A DNA stretch of 64,000 bases, from assembly GCA_965202585.1 (NCBI GenBank), contig CBDBBG010000238.1, forward strand, positions 1 to 64,000, written 5' to 3'. Below, one piece after another: positions 10,157 through 22,515 of this stretch. The number at the start of each line of letters is the position of its first letter. Position 1 is the stretch's first letter. Both the position numbers and the translations under genes were made by a program. The notes beneath the pieces were generated by a model. The model did not search any database. It worked only from the letters and a program-made list of their open reading frames with translations, and was not told the DNA's origin. This DNA comes from Thalia democratica. Its lineage: Eukaryota.

Positions 10157-10572
10157 GCTACTTAAGATGTAAGTAGTTAACAGATTTTGAACAAAAAATA
10201 ATTTGTTATTGACATGAAGCTAGTATGGTTTAGTTAGTAAGAATGTATTTCTATAAGGTACGCGGTTTAAGAAGAACGCACTCGCATAGGTACGCACTAA
10301 ATTATTAAGGCCCCCACACAAAATTTCACAAAATGGGGGAATCCCCTAAAGTGAAAATCGAACGGGAATTTTTTGAGATTAATAATTAAAATTATTTTTT
10401 AAGGCATTTCGCCGGCTCCGCCGGCGAAAAATTTTTCACTTTTACTCCCAACCATTTTTTCTTGAAAACCTAATTACGCTTGGAGCCCAGTTAGTAAGCC
10501 TGACAGCCAAACCAGATAAAAGTGTGGTACTGAGCTCTAAGAAGTAGTTCGGTTTTGAGTTAAAGTGGTAGC

Positions 10573-10675
10573 GGACAGCTTTCGTTATTTGTGCATAAGT
10601 CCCTCCCGCTGCGAGCTGCTCCTATCGGAGCAGCTCTTGCTCCCGGGACTTTTGCACAAATAACGAAAGCCGTCC
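10573..10675. other. 103-nt GC-rich fold-back (31-bp outer stem, 10-bp inner stem, TATC loop)
   Basis: 10573-10603 pairs with 10645-10675 (29/31). GAGCTGCTCC-TATC-GGAGCAGCTC at 10613-10636. Confidence 0.85.
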
Positions 10676-10835
10676 TTTAGGCCGCGTCCTTATGCTGGTC
10701 GGCACCTAATTAGTTTTTTGTTTGATGTACGAGTAGTTACGCACCTTCTTTAGTATGTTATATTTCTTTTATCATGTGGTTTTATATACATGTAAGTATC
10801 GAGATGCATGTTTAATAAAAAAATAACTGATTTAC

Positions 10836-11781
10836 AGTAAAGTTTTATGTTTTATAGTATGTATCCATGGTGTCTTACTACAAATTAAACAGTTTTGTAG
10901 TGGACAGTCTGGCATTATTCTATAGTAAACACTTCAACTTACATTGTAATCTTATTTATCGGTATCATTTCATTGTTAGTTATGGGACTACTTTAGTTTA
11001 TTCACAGTTAGACAAAACAATTTATACAACTTGTTATTATTAATTTAATTATATGGATTTGTTAGAAAGTAAATATTTTCGTGTTGTCTCCTTTCTTTTT
11101 TTTTTATTAAAAATATTTATGTCTTAATTTGTATAAACTAGTTTTGGCCATCTTTGAAAATTACACACTAACGAAATACAGTTTTTGTCCACAACTTTTC
11201 AACTAATTTACAGTTTTCAATTATTACGTCATCCGGTAGTCTCATGCAGTTTAAACTTCGTAATTTTTGCTGCATAATATGTATTTGATTATAAATTATA
11301 AAGTAATGTTCTAAATATATAGTCTATATTTTCAATTTAAGTAGTGCAAATTTTATAACGTTAACACTAATTATATGTACATATTAAGTATTGGATAAGG
11401 TGTATCTTAATTAAACTAATACTTATAAATATATATGGCAATTAACTCTTAAATAATATATTGCTGCGTATAACTTAAACTAATATTAAAGTTACAATTA
11501 ACTCCTAATCATTAATCATTATCTTGTTGCGCTGGATTATATGATTATTTCTAGTTTTATGTCTTAAACACTGTATGTATTCATCTATAAATTAAAAAGA
11601 TTGAATTTTTTCTTTTAAGTAATAATTACAGTTCAAATATACATCCCATTTAGAGGCTTTATGAGTTTTAAAAGGTCAAATTCAACCATTGTATAAAACT
11701 TTATTTACCATTAAGCGTGTTAAACTAAAAAAAATCATGCCAGTTACTAGCTCTGTACTTTTGATAGTATAGATCAAATAC
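10836..11781 (+). repeat. ~1-kb diverged internal duplication, copy A
   Basis: Collinear with 12874-13900. Exact blocks of 31 bp (10836-10866 / 12874-12904) and 35 bp (11385-11419 / 13503-13537). Confidence 0.9.
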
Positions 11782-13663
11782 CGTTACGCCAACTAACTCT
11801 TATTTTGAGGTTATTACATTTAGTAACTAAGTACTTTTAACAAAAATTTTTACAATTCAAGTAGTTAATTTAGTTAAAAAAAAGTATTGGTATAGAATAT
11901 TACAAAATTGTGGGATTAGTTCTCAATTATGTCTTAATCGTGATTAAACATACCTTATTCTAACAATATTGATATCAGATGCAACTTTGTAATTTAGTTG
12001 GTAGTTCATTATTTTGTTCGTGTTGTTGTAAAGTTAATTAAAAGTTTGTTTGATAAATATTCTCTCTCGTTTCTCTACAATTAATAGCCTTTTTTTATAT
12101 TTCTATAACGTTATTGCATTTCTATTTTGTTCTTTCGTTACTTAATTCTACTTCTGGCTCAATACAGTCAATTTTTACTATTTTATTATCAGTCATCATC
12201 ATGTTGCTCTGGTTTGTATGATTATTTCTTTATGTCTTAAACAATACTTATTTAAAACCTTTTAGTAATGATTACACTTGAAATATGCTTTTTATTAAAA
12301 TTTAAAGGTCAAATCTGTTAAATTGTTCAATGGTTATACATGACTTTTTTAACACTGATTTTGTAACTTAATCTAAAAATAATTAATTTTTAAAAGATAG
12401 CCTGCTTAACTTAAGTTTTTTTTTTCTATTTTTATAAATATTCAATCCAGAAGCTACTTTAGTTTTTAGGTCACTAGTTTTGTCACCTTTTACAGTAGTG
12501 TTGTAGTGCCATTTAGCAGTTAAATATATATTCATTCTCTTATAATACTTTGCTGAAATTAAACTTATATTAAAAATAACTAACAATTCTTAACATTCAA
12601 TCCTATATATCATCTTGTTGCCCTGTTTTACATGATTATTTCCAATGGTATGTCTTAAAAAGTTTATGTTCAAATAGTAAAGATTAAAATGTTCAATTGG
12701 AGTCTAGGAAATTTCGGTCTTTAACTACCTACAACTCAACCTAATACAAACGTGTTTATTATATTTGTATATTTAATAAAATAATTTTTAAACAGTACTC
12801 TTTCTTTAGTTTTGCATGTTTTAAAGCGCTTCTACTTAGTTTAAACTTTTTTTGTTAACATATCTAAATTACAAGTAAAGTTTTATGTTTTATAGTATGT
12901 ATCCTGGCTGTCTTACTACAAATGATTCAGTTTTGTAGTAAACAGTCTGGTATTATTCTATAATAAACACTCCGCTTACTGTAATTTAATATTATAACTT
13001 ATTGTCCCATTACGAGGGGATAGCACCTGCAGACTTGTTGAAAGCCGTGTTAGTGCCGTAACCAGCGCCGGTTACTCTATGAATTATTTAAGGAATTCAA
13101 ATAATACAGGATCGTTTCCTATAACTTTGAGGTACTTGAGTAAATTACTTACTGAGGTATAAGTGATTTTAGGCTTGAAATTCTACACTAAAGTTTTTCG
13201 TTTACATAAATAAGTATTTCAGTCTTAATTTGTATAACAAAGTTAGGAAATCTTTTAAATTATTGTCCACAATTTTCAAAGTAATTTTGTAATATTTTAT
13301 ATTTTCCCCATTTACAATTATTACGTCATCACCCAGTAGTCTAACACAGTATAAACTTAGTAATTTTTACTTACACTTTAGTTGTATATGGATGTTATCT
13401 TTTTGATTATAAATTATTAAATTTGTTTCAAATCGCTCTATATTTCAAAGTTTGGTAAAGCAACTTGTATGTTAATGAATAAGAATAATTGTATGTAAGT
13501 AATAAGTATTGGATAAGGTGTATCTTAATTAAACTAACAGAAACAAATTATATGGTAATTAGCTCTTAAATATTTTACTGCTGCGTATAAATGAATCTAA
13601 TTTTTTGAATTACAATCAACTCTTGATAATACCTAATCATTAATTATCATATTGTTGCGCTGG
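11078..13663 (-). pseudogene. Cluster of 4-5 decayed minus-strand gene modules with a shared leader
   Basis: Leader motif CAG(C/A/G)GCAACA..AT(G/A) at 11521-11535, 12198-12212, 12612-12625 and 13649-13663. The N-terminal remnants share [RK][IV][DE]C, and frames are full of stops. Confidence 0.4.
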
Positions 13664-13900
13664 TTTAATTATTGTTTATAGTTTTATATCACAAACAATT
13701 ATTTAACTATAAATTTAAAAGTTTAAACTGTTTCTTACAAGTAATAATTACAGTTCAATTAAACATCCCATTTAAAGCTTTCGTGTGTATAAAGGCTTCT
13801 TTTGAATTTAACCATAATATATAACTTTTTCAAAAACTGCGTGTCAAAATAAACAATAGTTGGTACCAGCTCTGTACTTTTGATAAATTAAATCAAATAC
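12874..13900 (+). repeat. ~1-kb diverged internal duplication, copy B (middle ~12990-13215 replaced, contains the hAT-like end)
   Basis: Collinear with 10836-11781. Confidence 0.9.
13063..13176 (+). mobile_element. hAT-like terminal fragment CAGCGCCGGTTACTCTATGAATTATTTAAGG..
   Basis: Inverted homologue of 5634-5748; no matching 8-bp TSD found. Confidence 0.55.
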
Positions 13901-14112
13901 TGACTAAGTACCATTTTTTACGGTGTGCATTTTGTACATGTTGTGTTAAGTTAAATGATAAAAAGGAAAATACAAACTTTCATATTGTTAAAGTTATATA
14001 AAATAGATATCCGTTCAAACTTTTTAATACATTGTTTGTATTATATTAAAGTAAATATTAATTGATATTCAACTATTTAATAAACTCAATTAAATTTGTA
14101 AAAATTACAAGC

Positions 14113-14254
14113 TATAATGCTTTCATCATTTGAAATTACAAATACCACTAGAATTCAGAAAGACATAAATTTGAAAACTGTAAAATTTGAAGATATAATG
14201 CTTTCACCATTTTAATTTACAAATACCACTAGAATTTATAAAGAAGATACTTGA
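14113..14254 (+). repeat. 81-bp-period tandem duplication encoding a 27-aa repeat; 45-aa ORF open only in units 2 and 3
   Basis: TATAATGCTTTCA.CATTT..ATTACAAATACCACTAGAATT at 14113 and 14194. Codon 33 is TAA (14213, 57256) or CAA (28561, 42909). Confidence 0.8.
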
Positions 14255-14266
14255 GTGTAACATTCT

Positions 14267-14538
14267 TATTTAAATCAAAGACACGTTTATTAAGTTATCA
14301 GTGTTAACAGTTTAGTTGGTATGTATACCCTTTTTTCATCGAATTATAGAATTGAAGTTTTTACATCTTTATTTGTTTTTTATAATTGTGTTAAATGTAT
14401 CTGAATTGACATTATTATATATTAAAATTTAGGTTAAATCATTAACAGAATATTAAGTTAACAAACTTTACGTCTAAAGTAAAAACTTTTATTCGGTAAA
14501 CAATTAAAAAGTATGTGTTTTAGCAAAAATAAAATAAA
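14267..14538 (+). promoter_or_regulatory. ~270-bp upstream module of the RING-less paralogue
   Basis: Homologous to 1005-1274 and repeated in each unit. Confidence 0.5.
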
Positions 14539-15042
14539 ATGGACCGATTCATTTTCGATCATGTCGAAGAATATCCTGAGCAGCAGCAAGCTGATGAACA
14601 AGCAGAACAACAGTCAGAAGATTTTGCACAATTTTTCATGCCGGTGCGAAATAGAAGGCAACTCGATGCGGAAATCGCGCGAACCACTTTACGGATGCGA
14701 GCGAGAATGCAACGAACACAACATGCACGACGCATTCAGCAGCGGAGAGAGAATACAACGACAAGTGGAGCAAGAAATGCAACAAGAAATTCAGCAAGAA
14801 ATTATGCAGCAGAGAGGGAGTGTACCACAAGAAATGCGGCAAGAATTACAACAAGAAATGCTGGCGCGGCGCATTGTGCAGCAGAGAGAGAGAGAGAGAG
14901 AGTAGAACAAAGATTTGAAGAAGAAATACATCAGGAAATTATTAGTTTATTATATTTTATAATTCAAAACTCGCAATTAATTTGTTTTATCTTTAAAAGA
15001 CAAACAGCCAATTTAAAATTAATACAAGTTAACATCTTTTAG
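14539..15042 (+). pseudogene. RING-less paralogue copy 2
   Basis: Same translation as 191-694. Confidence 0.6.
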
Positions 15043-15622
15043 TTTGTTTCAAAACTTTTGTGAATTATTTCTGTCTTAAAAGTCAGTGACATAAAAATTA
15101 AAGTATAGTTAAAGTTTTTTATTTTTTTGTTATTTAAATTTAATCTTAGTTTGTTGTACATGATTTATTAAGGTTTATTGTAAAAAGGAAAATAAAAACT
15201 TATGTTTTTGTTAAGGCTGTCTAAAATGGTACCAATGCATATTTTTGGGTACATTGTTTGTAATTTATTAAAATAAATATTAATCGCTTTTCTGATATTT
15301 AATATATTTTGTTAAACTTTAAAATTTTAAGCTTTAACGGTTTTATCATTTTTATTTAAATCTAACACACGTGTATTAAGTATTCAGTGTATACTGTTTA
15401 GTTTGTACATATAATTTTTTTTTGAATATAAAATTTAATTTGTTTGATCTTTAGTTTTTTTGTATCAATTTGTTAAATATACTTGAGCTGTTATATTGAT
15501 ACATTATAGTTAAGGGTAAACTATTAAAAGAACAATATGTTATACAAACCTTACATCTAAAGTAAAAACTTTTAGTAGGTAAAAAGTAAAAAAGTATCTT
15601 ATTAAGCTGAGAATAAAACGAA

Positions 15623-16069
15623 ATGGATCAACTCAATCCTGATCATGTCGAAGATTATGCTGAGCAGCAGCAAGTTGATGAACTGCTAGAACAATATTTC
15701 GAACCTGGTTTCGCAGTTCTACGACGTTTAATGCAACCACATATGGAACGTGTACGACGCATTGTGCAGCAGAGAGAGCAAAAGATGATGCAACAAGAAG
15801 TACAACGTGTACGACGCATTGTGCAGCAGAGGAGAACGCAACAACCTGTTACTGGTCTGACACCCGAACGAATTGGTAGATTTGAACACTTCGCTGCAGA
15901 CGAATCGTTGGTGGGCGAGCAATGCGTGGTTTGCCTCGATGACCTGAAATGTGGCACGAGAATGGTCCGTCTGGACTGTCATGTCCCCCATTGTTTGTGC
16001 AAAACATGTACAGATGCTTGGTTTAAAGATCACAACAAATGTCCTTTATGCAATCATGTTTTCAACTAG
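15623..16069 (+). CDS. RING-finger protein copy 2 (P122)
   Basis: Same protein as 1275-1721. Confidence 0.9.
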   Translation: MDQLNPDHVEDYAEQQQVDELLEQYFEPGFAVLRRLMQPHMERVRRIVQQREQKMMQQEVQRVRRIVQQRRTQQPVTGLTPERIGRFEHFAADESLVGEQCVVCLDDLKCGTRMVRLDCHVPHCLCKTCTDAWFKDHNKCPLCNHVFN

Positions 16070-17479
16070 AAACCGGTTTAACAGTAATATAGAATATTGG
16101 TGACAGTGCTTTTCTTGCAACAATTAATAAACTGTGAATTGTGAATACGTTTTGTTTTGTTAAGTAAAATGTTATAGTTAATATAAAAGATATAAAGTAT
16201 ATAAAACATTAACTTCATTATTACATATGAATAACTTACTTATTTTAACAAAAACCCATACTTATAATATAATTTTAAAAACGAACTTATTAAATATACT
16301 AAAAAATTTTGACATGTAGCACGATGAATACTTTTCTTATCAAATGTTTTAAACATTTTTTGTTTGAAAATATAAACATAGTTTAAAAACCTTGCGGTAT
16401 GTAGCAATTCGTGTATTTATATGTAAAGAACTTCCAAGCTCATCCATTTTTACAATAATCTAAAACACTAGTGATCTATCTAATTTATATTTTTAAGAAC
16501 TCTTTTTCATTAGGATTCACTTACTAAATAGGATTATAGGTCCAATAGATCAATAATTTCAAGCGATCTTTAACAACTGGAAACTTAAATTATGCAACAA
16601 TCATTAGAGTTACAAGAACTTATAAAAAGTTTTACAAAAATTAAATTTTAAACTACCAAAATAAAAATTAAAGTTTTTACTTTCAACTACAATAGTACTG
16701 ATAATGTTTTAGTTAATAGACTAATGCTATTACAAAAAATAGAAGATCACTAAATCTAATAATTTGTTATATTAAAAACTATCAAATTCTTTATTACTCA
16801 AAATGCTTTAACTTTGCTATTTTACTAAAACACTGGTTCTTTTGGTAGGAACCTGTACATAAGCATTGTTCTTATCTAAACAATCATGAATAAAGTTTCA
16901 GTTTGTACTTGAATACCCAATATCTATTTAAAACTATGATTTTTCTAGTCGTTTTGTTTTCCATTTGTGACGTAAATGTATTAAAGTGAAAATATATTTA
17001 ATTGTTGGATCATAGCCTACATGCTGAAAACTGCCGATCTGACACCCAGCCTATAAAGTTTTAAAAAGAACATCAACTTCACACACTTATAGTTATAAAA
17101 ATTAAACATAACTCACTCATTTTCGAAAAAAGTTTATTAATCAATTTCGTTTAGCGCATGCTCAAAATAATATTGCTAAAAACTATTAATACTGTAGTGT
17201 AATTTTAGTTACATACAATGAATTTGAAAAGTCTAGCTAAAAATAGCTACTTCATAAAGTATAAAAGTCTCTTTAGAAAAAGTTTAAAATAGAATTGAGT
17301 TATAATTAGCTAATTTGAAGTAAATTATAAGACAAAATTGCTAAAACAAAAGTATTTAAAATAGTAAATTTTTTTACCTGAAACTAAATTAAATAAAAAG
17401 CACATTACAAAATACGACAAAAACGACAACAATAATATTACTAAAAACACGCTATTTTTAAAGTTTTTAAATGTAATTT

Positions 17480-17963
17480 ACAATATACATGAAAATTATA
17501 ACAGCTATCTGATTTGTACTATAAATTTATTTAATTTAGTCTTTATGTTTAGGAAAGCAATGAAGCGCTTTATTATGAAATGAAGTATATAATCTATTAA
17601 AAATGAAACAACAACCAATAATTAGTGAATCAATTAAGTTTATCAACGGTAAAGACAATAAAACTCACAGGAATCTTATGTAACGCGTGTTTTATATATT
17701 AAATCTTTGTAATGATAAAATCTATAAATTTAAAATTATAACAGATAAATTTATTTTAGGTACATTTAGGAAGCTGTGACTTATATTGTCTTTACCGTTG
17801 TTAAACTTTGTTGATTTACTAATTATTGGTTGTTGTTTCATTTTTAATACATTATATACTACATTTCATAATAAAGCGCTTTATTGATTTCTTAACATAA
17901 AGACTAAATTAACTAACTTTATAGTACAAATTAAATAGCTGTTATAACTTTCATATATATTGT
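17480..17963. mobile_element. Foldback/MITE-like element, unit 2
   Basis: Copy of 3132-3615. Confidence 0.75.
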
Positions 17964-20900
17964 GACGAAATTATTGGACGTTTTTTGTTCAATTATTGAC
18001 AACAGTAAAAAATTTGATTCATGTTTCTTTCCAATAAGGTAAGTGGTTTGTTTATATTATGATTTGTTCTTTTGTTGTGTATTTTAGTTTACTTTACTTA
18101 ATCAGACTAAATAATTACGAATATTATATAATTTTATAACAATCGGATTTAACATTAAGTATTTTACCTATTATTAACTATTAATCTGTAAAAATTTGTG
18201 GTAAGTTATTTTATTTTATTTTAATTTTAATGAAAACATGTATACACCTACTTTATTCCATGATTCTATTCTCATATTACACTAATTACTATTTACAGAA
18301 CCCAGTTGAAGTGTGTTGATTAGTTAGCACACAGAAACATATGTTGGTACAATAAAGCAAGACTATTGTATAGTAAGGTTTTAAGTATGCATTTTAATTT
18401 AGCTCAACTACTATTTGTAGTGGTATTCACTACTGTGGATTTGTTAAAGCTTCACAGTTTAGCTAATTTAGAAACAGTTTAGTTTTATAGTTGGCGGGTT
18501 GGATACTATATGCTAGCACAAGCGGCTTAAGCATTCAATATATGTAAAAAGATAATTGAGTTTGTTTTTAATATCAGATTATTTATAAAAATAAATATCA
18601 GTCACTCAAAAAAACGTTTCATCTAATCACTTTAAATATACTAAAATTATTTCTAGTCTAAACATTAATCAAATTTAATTTCTTATAGACAGACGTTAAC
18701 AGTGTTAGTTTTAAATAAAAAAGGTAATTTTAGCTCTATTTAGTCGCAACTCTCAACTGTAAAAACCCAGAAAAAAATTGATATGATAAAAAATACAATT
18801 TTAAATGGTTGCTATAACTGTTTTATTCGTATTTATCAAAACATATACAAGTATCCTTTGAAAGAAAAGAAAAACTGTTCTTTAGTTATTTTGTTTTAAG
18901 TTTTTTTTTACATTATTAAAAAAGTGTAATTGTTTATAACATCTATTTAGGTGATATTAACAAATCCAGAAGGGATTCATGTTAAATTAAGTATATTGTG
19001 TTGCGTAGAATATAATTTTAATGACTTTTTGTTGTTTATAGTAATATAATTTATATGTTGAAAAAAAAAATTAAAGCGGTTTCTTTGATCAAAGCAAATT
19101 GAGTTTTATAAGTATATCCAACTTATTTCAATTTTTTTATAAATGATTTTCGTTACTTATCTAGACTCTTTCAATTGAGCTTTGTTTTACCTTAAGTTAT
19201 TTTTTTCTAAATGAGCTGAAGGGGATTTGGATTAATTAAGCTTTAGCTTATTTTAGCTATTATGTTTATACTTGTTTTTTAAGTTTTAGAAACATCACCA
19301 GCATTTCCGTTTTTGTTTTAATATTTTGTTGAACCAGCCAGTAATGAAAATGATATGGGTATGAATAAAATTTGCCAAAATATCTAATTTTTCAAAACCA
19401 TCTATGCCAGGAATTCTAATTTACCTGACTGGACTTTTATGTCAAATAAATCCACGTGGTTGCTTATAATGCTGATAAAATTTAAGATTATTGATTGTAA
19501 TGTCTAATAAAGAATGTAAGGCTGAACTACATTAATCCCAGGCGTTTCTACATTTAAGAGACAAAGTTTAACCTTCATTTTTGTTAGACGAAATGTTTCC
19601 TTATTTGAAATTATCAACAGTATTAATATTAACCGAGAAAAAATATACTTTAAAAAGCTTAAACTAAAAAGTTGTGATTTAAAACACACGTAAGTAAGGA
19701 TATTAATGTCTTTCAAATTAATTAACAGCAAATTTATGCTTAGATATAAGACATTAGAAAGCATTGTATATGATATGCATAAATAAACCTTGTAGACCAA
19801 AACTTTGGCTTTCACTTTTAAATTAAACATATCTGTTAAGTTTCTGTCTAAGTGGCATAAACCTTCCACATACACTGTTCCTTAGATATACTACTTACAA
19901 AAGTATATGGTTCTCTACCATTAAGAATGCAATGTACCAACATTAGTAACATACTTTGCACAACCATTGTTTTTCTCTATAAAGCCTAACGACGTTTAAA
20001 TCTCAGTAAGTAATCTACTAGTGTAACTCAAACAAATAATAAACTATTCCTGTATCATTTTAGAGCCTTAAATAATTCATAGAGTAACCGGCACTGAAGT
20101 AATGTAAATTGAAATTAATTAAGTAATTATTTTCCAATAATGGACAAAACATGAAAAAAAGTTAAGAACCGGTGGTTTCAAGTATAATTAAATACTAAAC
20201 TAAGAATTTATTTGCAGTTTATGAGACTTGGTAACTTGAATTGATATAACTTTTTGAATATATTTATAGAATGATACTGATAAAGTAAACTACAACGTAA
20301 AACTGTTGTGTTACTTTCAATAATTCGAATTTCTTACAGATTTATACTTTTAAACATTTCACTTTTAAATTAAACATATCTGTTAATAACACTAAAACTC
20401 TGTTCAGTCTTTACTTAAACTTGAGCTAAAAAAGAATTAAATTACTTAACAACATGCAATAGAAACAAAACAATAAAGCTAAGGCTTGTTTGAATAATAA
20501 CATAAATTAGATAGAAGACTTTTATAGGTAAACTAACTGGTATGTACAACTAGTAAACTTGTGAGACAAAATACAATAGAATGATATTAATAAACCAAAT
20601 TACAACAAGTGAAGTGTTACATATAGAATAATAAATTGATTGTTTACTCCAAAACTATACTAAATTAGAATATGTTTTTTTCAGCAGTTGATCAATGTTA
20701 CAAAAACAAACATTTGAACTAAAACAAAGATTAAAGGTGAAATCAAAAATACAGCGGAGATATTTGTTGTGAACATAGCTCGAGTACTAGTACCTGCTAA
20801 CTTTTTTAATTTCTAACTCTCATCATGCAAATAGATACAAGTTTGAAAGGTATTTGAAACAACCAAGTAGTTTAAAATCAAAGCTTTGAAGTTTTAAAGC

Positions 20901-22515
20901 TCCATTTTGCTTATTTTTTATCGTTTTTATAAAGTGTTTGGTGTTTTTTAGCATAAAATTTTCTGTCAGAAACGATGGAAATGTTTATTTTCAAGTATTT
21001 GTAAGTTAAAAAAAAAAAAGAAAAAAAAATCCAAAAAAAATTATACTTGTTTATTATCATTCAATTTTGTTGGTTAAAATTTGCATATTTTTAATGATAT
21101 TGTAATTTGCTTTAAATTAATTTTGTTTTCAACTTAAGTAGCTTTAAAAAGACCATTATACTTTATTTTTACAGCTCATTACAAACTGCTTTACTCCTAT
21201 AATAAGATATAAAATGTTTTCGGTTGTTAAAAGTAAATCAAAAAAAGTTTTAGAGCAAATAAATGCAAGGTATGTAAAAAATAGAAAATGTAATAAGCAA
21301 AATGAAAAAAACACAAACATTAAAAAACTTTTGGCTAAATAAGGTTATGTTTAAAACTAAAATTTGTTACAACAACTGCATTAATTTCAACTGTGAAGTA
21401 TGAAATGTAAATGTCAAAATAGGTTATGTAAAACCTAATATAGTTTTAATGACTACATTTGGTATGGGTTTGATTTAAAAGCTAATTTTATTTGTAGAAA
21501 ATATCAATATAATTTGTTCTTTAACAGTTTTTTTTTATTGATTCATTAGTTATTTTGCTATGTCTTAAACATAGTTTGTAAAGTTAAGTTAAACCTCAAT
21601 GTTTTTTTAAATGATTATTAAGGTGTTTATTACTCATGATCTCATTAAAACTAGAGTGAAGTATTAATTTAAAAATAAATAAACAAGTCAATAAGTTTGT
21701 ATAGTAAGTTACATAAACTTAATGTTAATCTCAAGTTTATGGTTATTATATTAAATTAAAGTTTGAATAGAAACAATTAATTTCACTTATACATATTTTT
21801 TTAAGCAGTAAATGAGCTAATATAAACCTTTAACTGAAACAAAAATTTTAAAGTGAAATTAAAAACATAGCAGAGATATTTGCGATGAACATAGTTTGAG
21901 TACTAATACCTGCTAACTGTTTTTAACTAATATCATGCAAATAGAAACAAGTTTGAAAGGTATTTGAAACAACTAAGTAGTGTGAAATCAAAGCTTTGAA
22001 GTTTTAAAGATTTATTTTGCTTATTTTTCATCGTTTTTATGAAGTGTTTGGTGTTTTTTGAAGCAGAATTTTGTACTGAAAACGATGGTAAAACTTATTT
22101 TTGAAAAAAACAAGGTTTGAAAAAGTTACAGCTAAAAGTTGAAAATTAGCTTTAAACTGTCAAAGCGAGAGAAGAGAGGCCTCGTGAATGTCACCAAGTG
22201 AATTTTTTGCACAAAGTTTTTATTTATTACGTAATTATACAAAAAATCAGTTTGCAGAAATTTCTAAAAAATTGCAATTCATTTTAGAAAAGTTTTCTTG
22301 GAAGTTGTAGGTCATCAAATTTTTACTTTAACTTTCTTCACATATGTATTTCTAGAGTTTACCTTTTATATGTTTCTTTAAGTAATAAAAGGAACTTAAA
22401 GTACAAGCACATACAATTCCAAACCAATGACATAGTATGAAAAAATCAATAAAACTTAAAACTTGAACTGTTTATGCTTGAATAAAAAAGAAAACAAAAC
22501 AAATCTACATCATCT

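Larger units (their letters stand above)
1..14348 (+). repeat. Tandem unit copy 1 (phase arbitrary)
   Basis: Periodicity. Alleles: 1638C, 2235T, 7460A, 14213T. Confidence 0.97.

Noticed and set aside
11168-11275. F-box-like LPDDVIIE motif in a 35-aa minus frame
   Set aside because: Attractive next to a RING gene, but the rest of the F-box pattern is missing and the paralogous copy reads LLGDDVIIV.
12383-12586. 67-aa minus ORF and its 70-aa variant at 55427-55639
   Set aside because: No domain. The longer N-terminus in unit 4 comes only from the 1-bp A deletion. At most part of a decayed module.
13005-13075. Short GC-rich stretch as a SINE/tRNA head or hammerhead ribozyme
   Set aside because: No A/B boxes, cloverleaf or CTGATGA..GAAA core.
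1-14348. Unit as a Polinton/Maverick, Helitron, LTR element or viral genome concatemer
   Set aside because: No polymerase, integrase, Rep/helicase, RT or capsid ORF. No Helitron hairpin-CTRR end, LTRs or unit-bounding TIRs found. The unit contains host-type MITEs.
1-14348. rDNA, 5S, histone, tRNA or snRNA tandem locus
   Set aside because: Unit size is rDNA-like, but there is no long GC-rich region and no recognisable rRNA, tRNA, snRNA or histone sequence.
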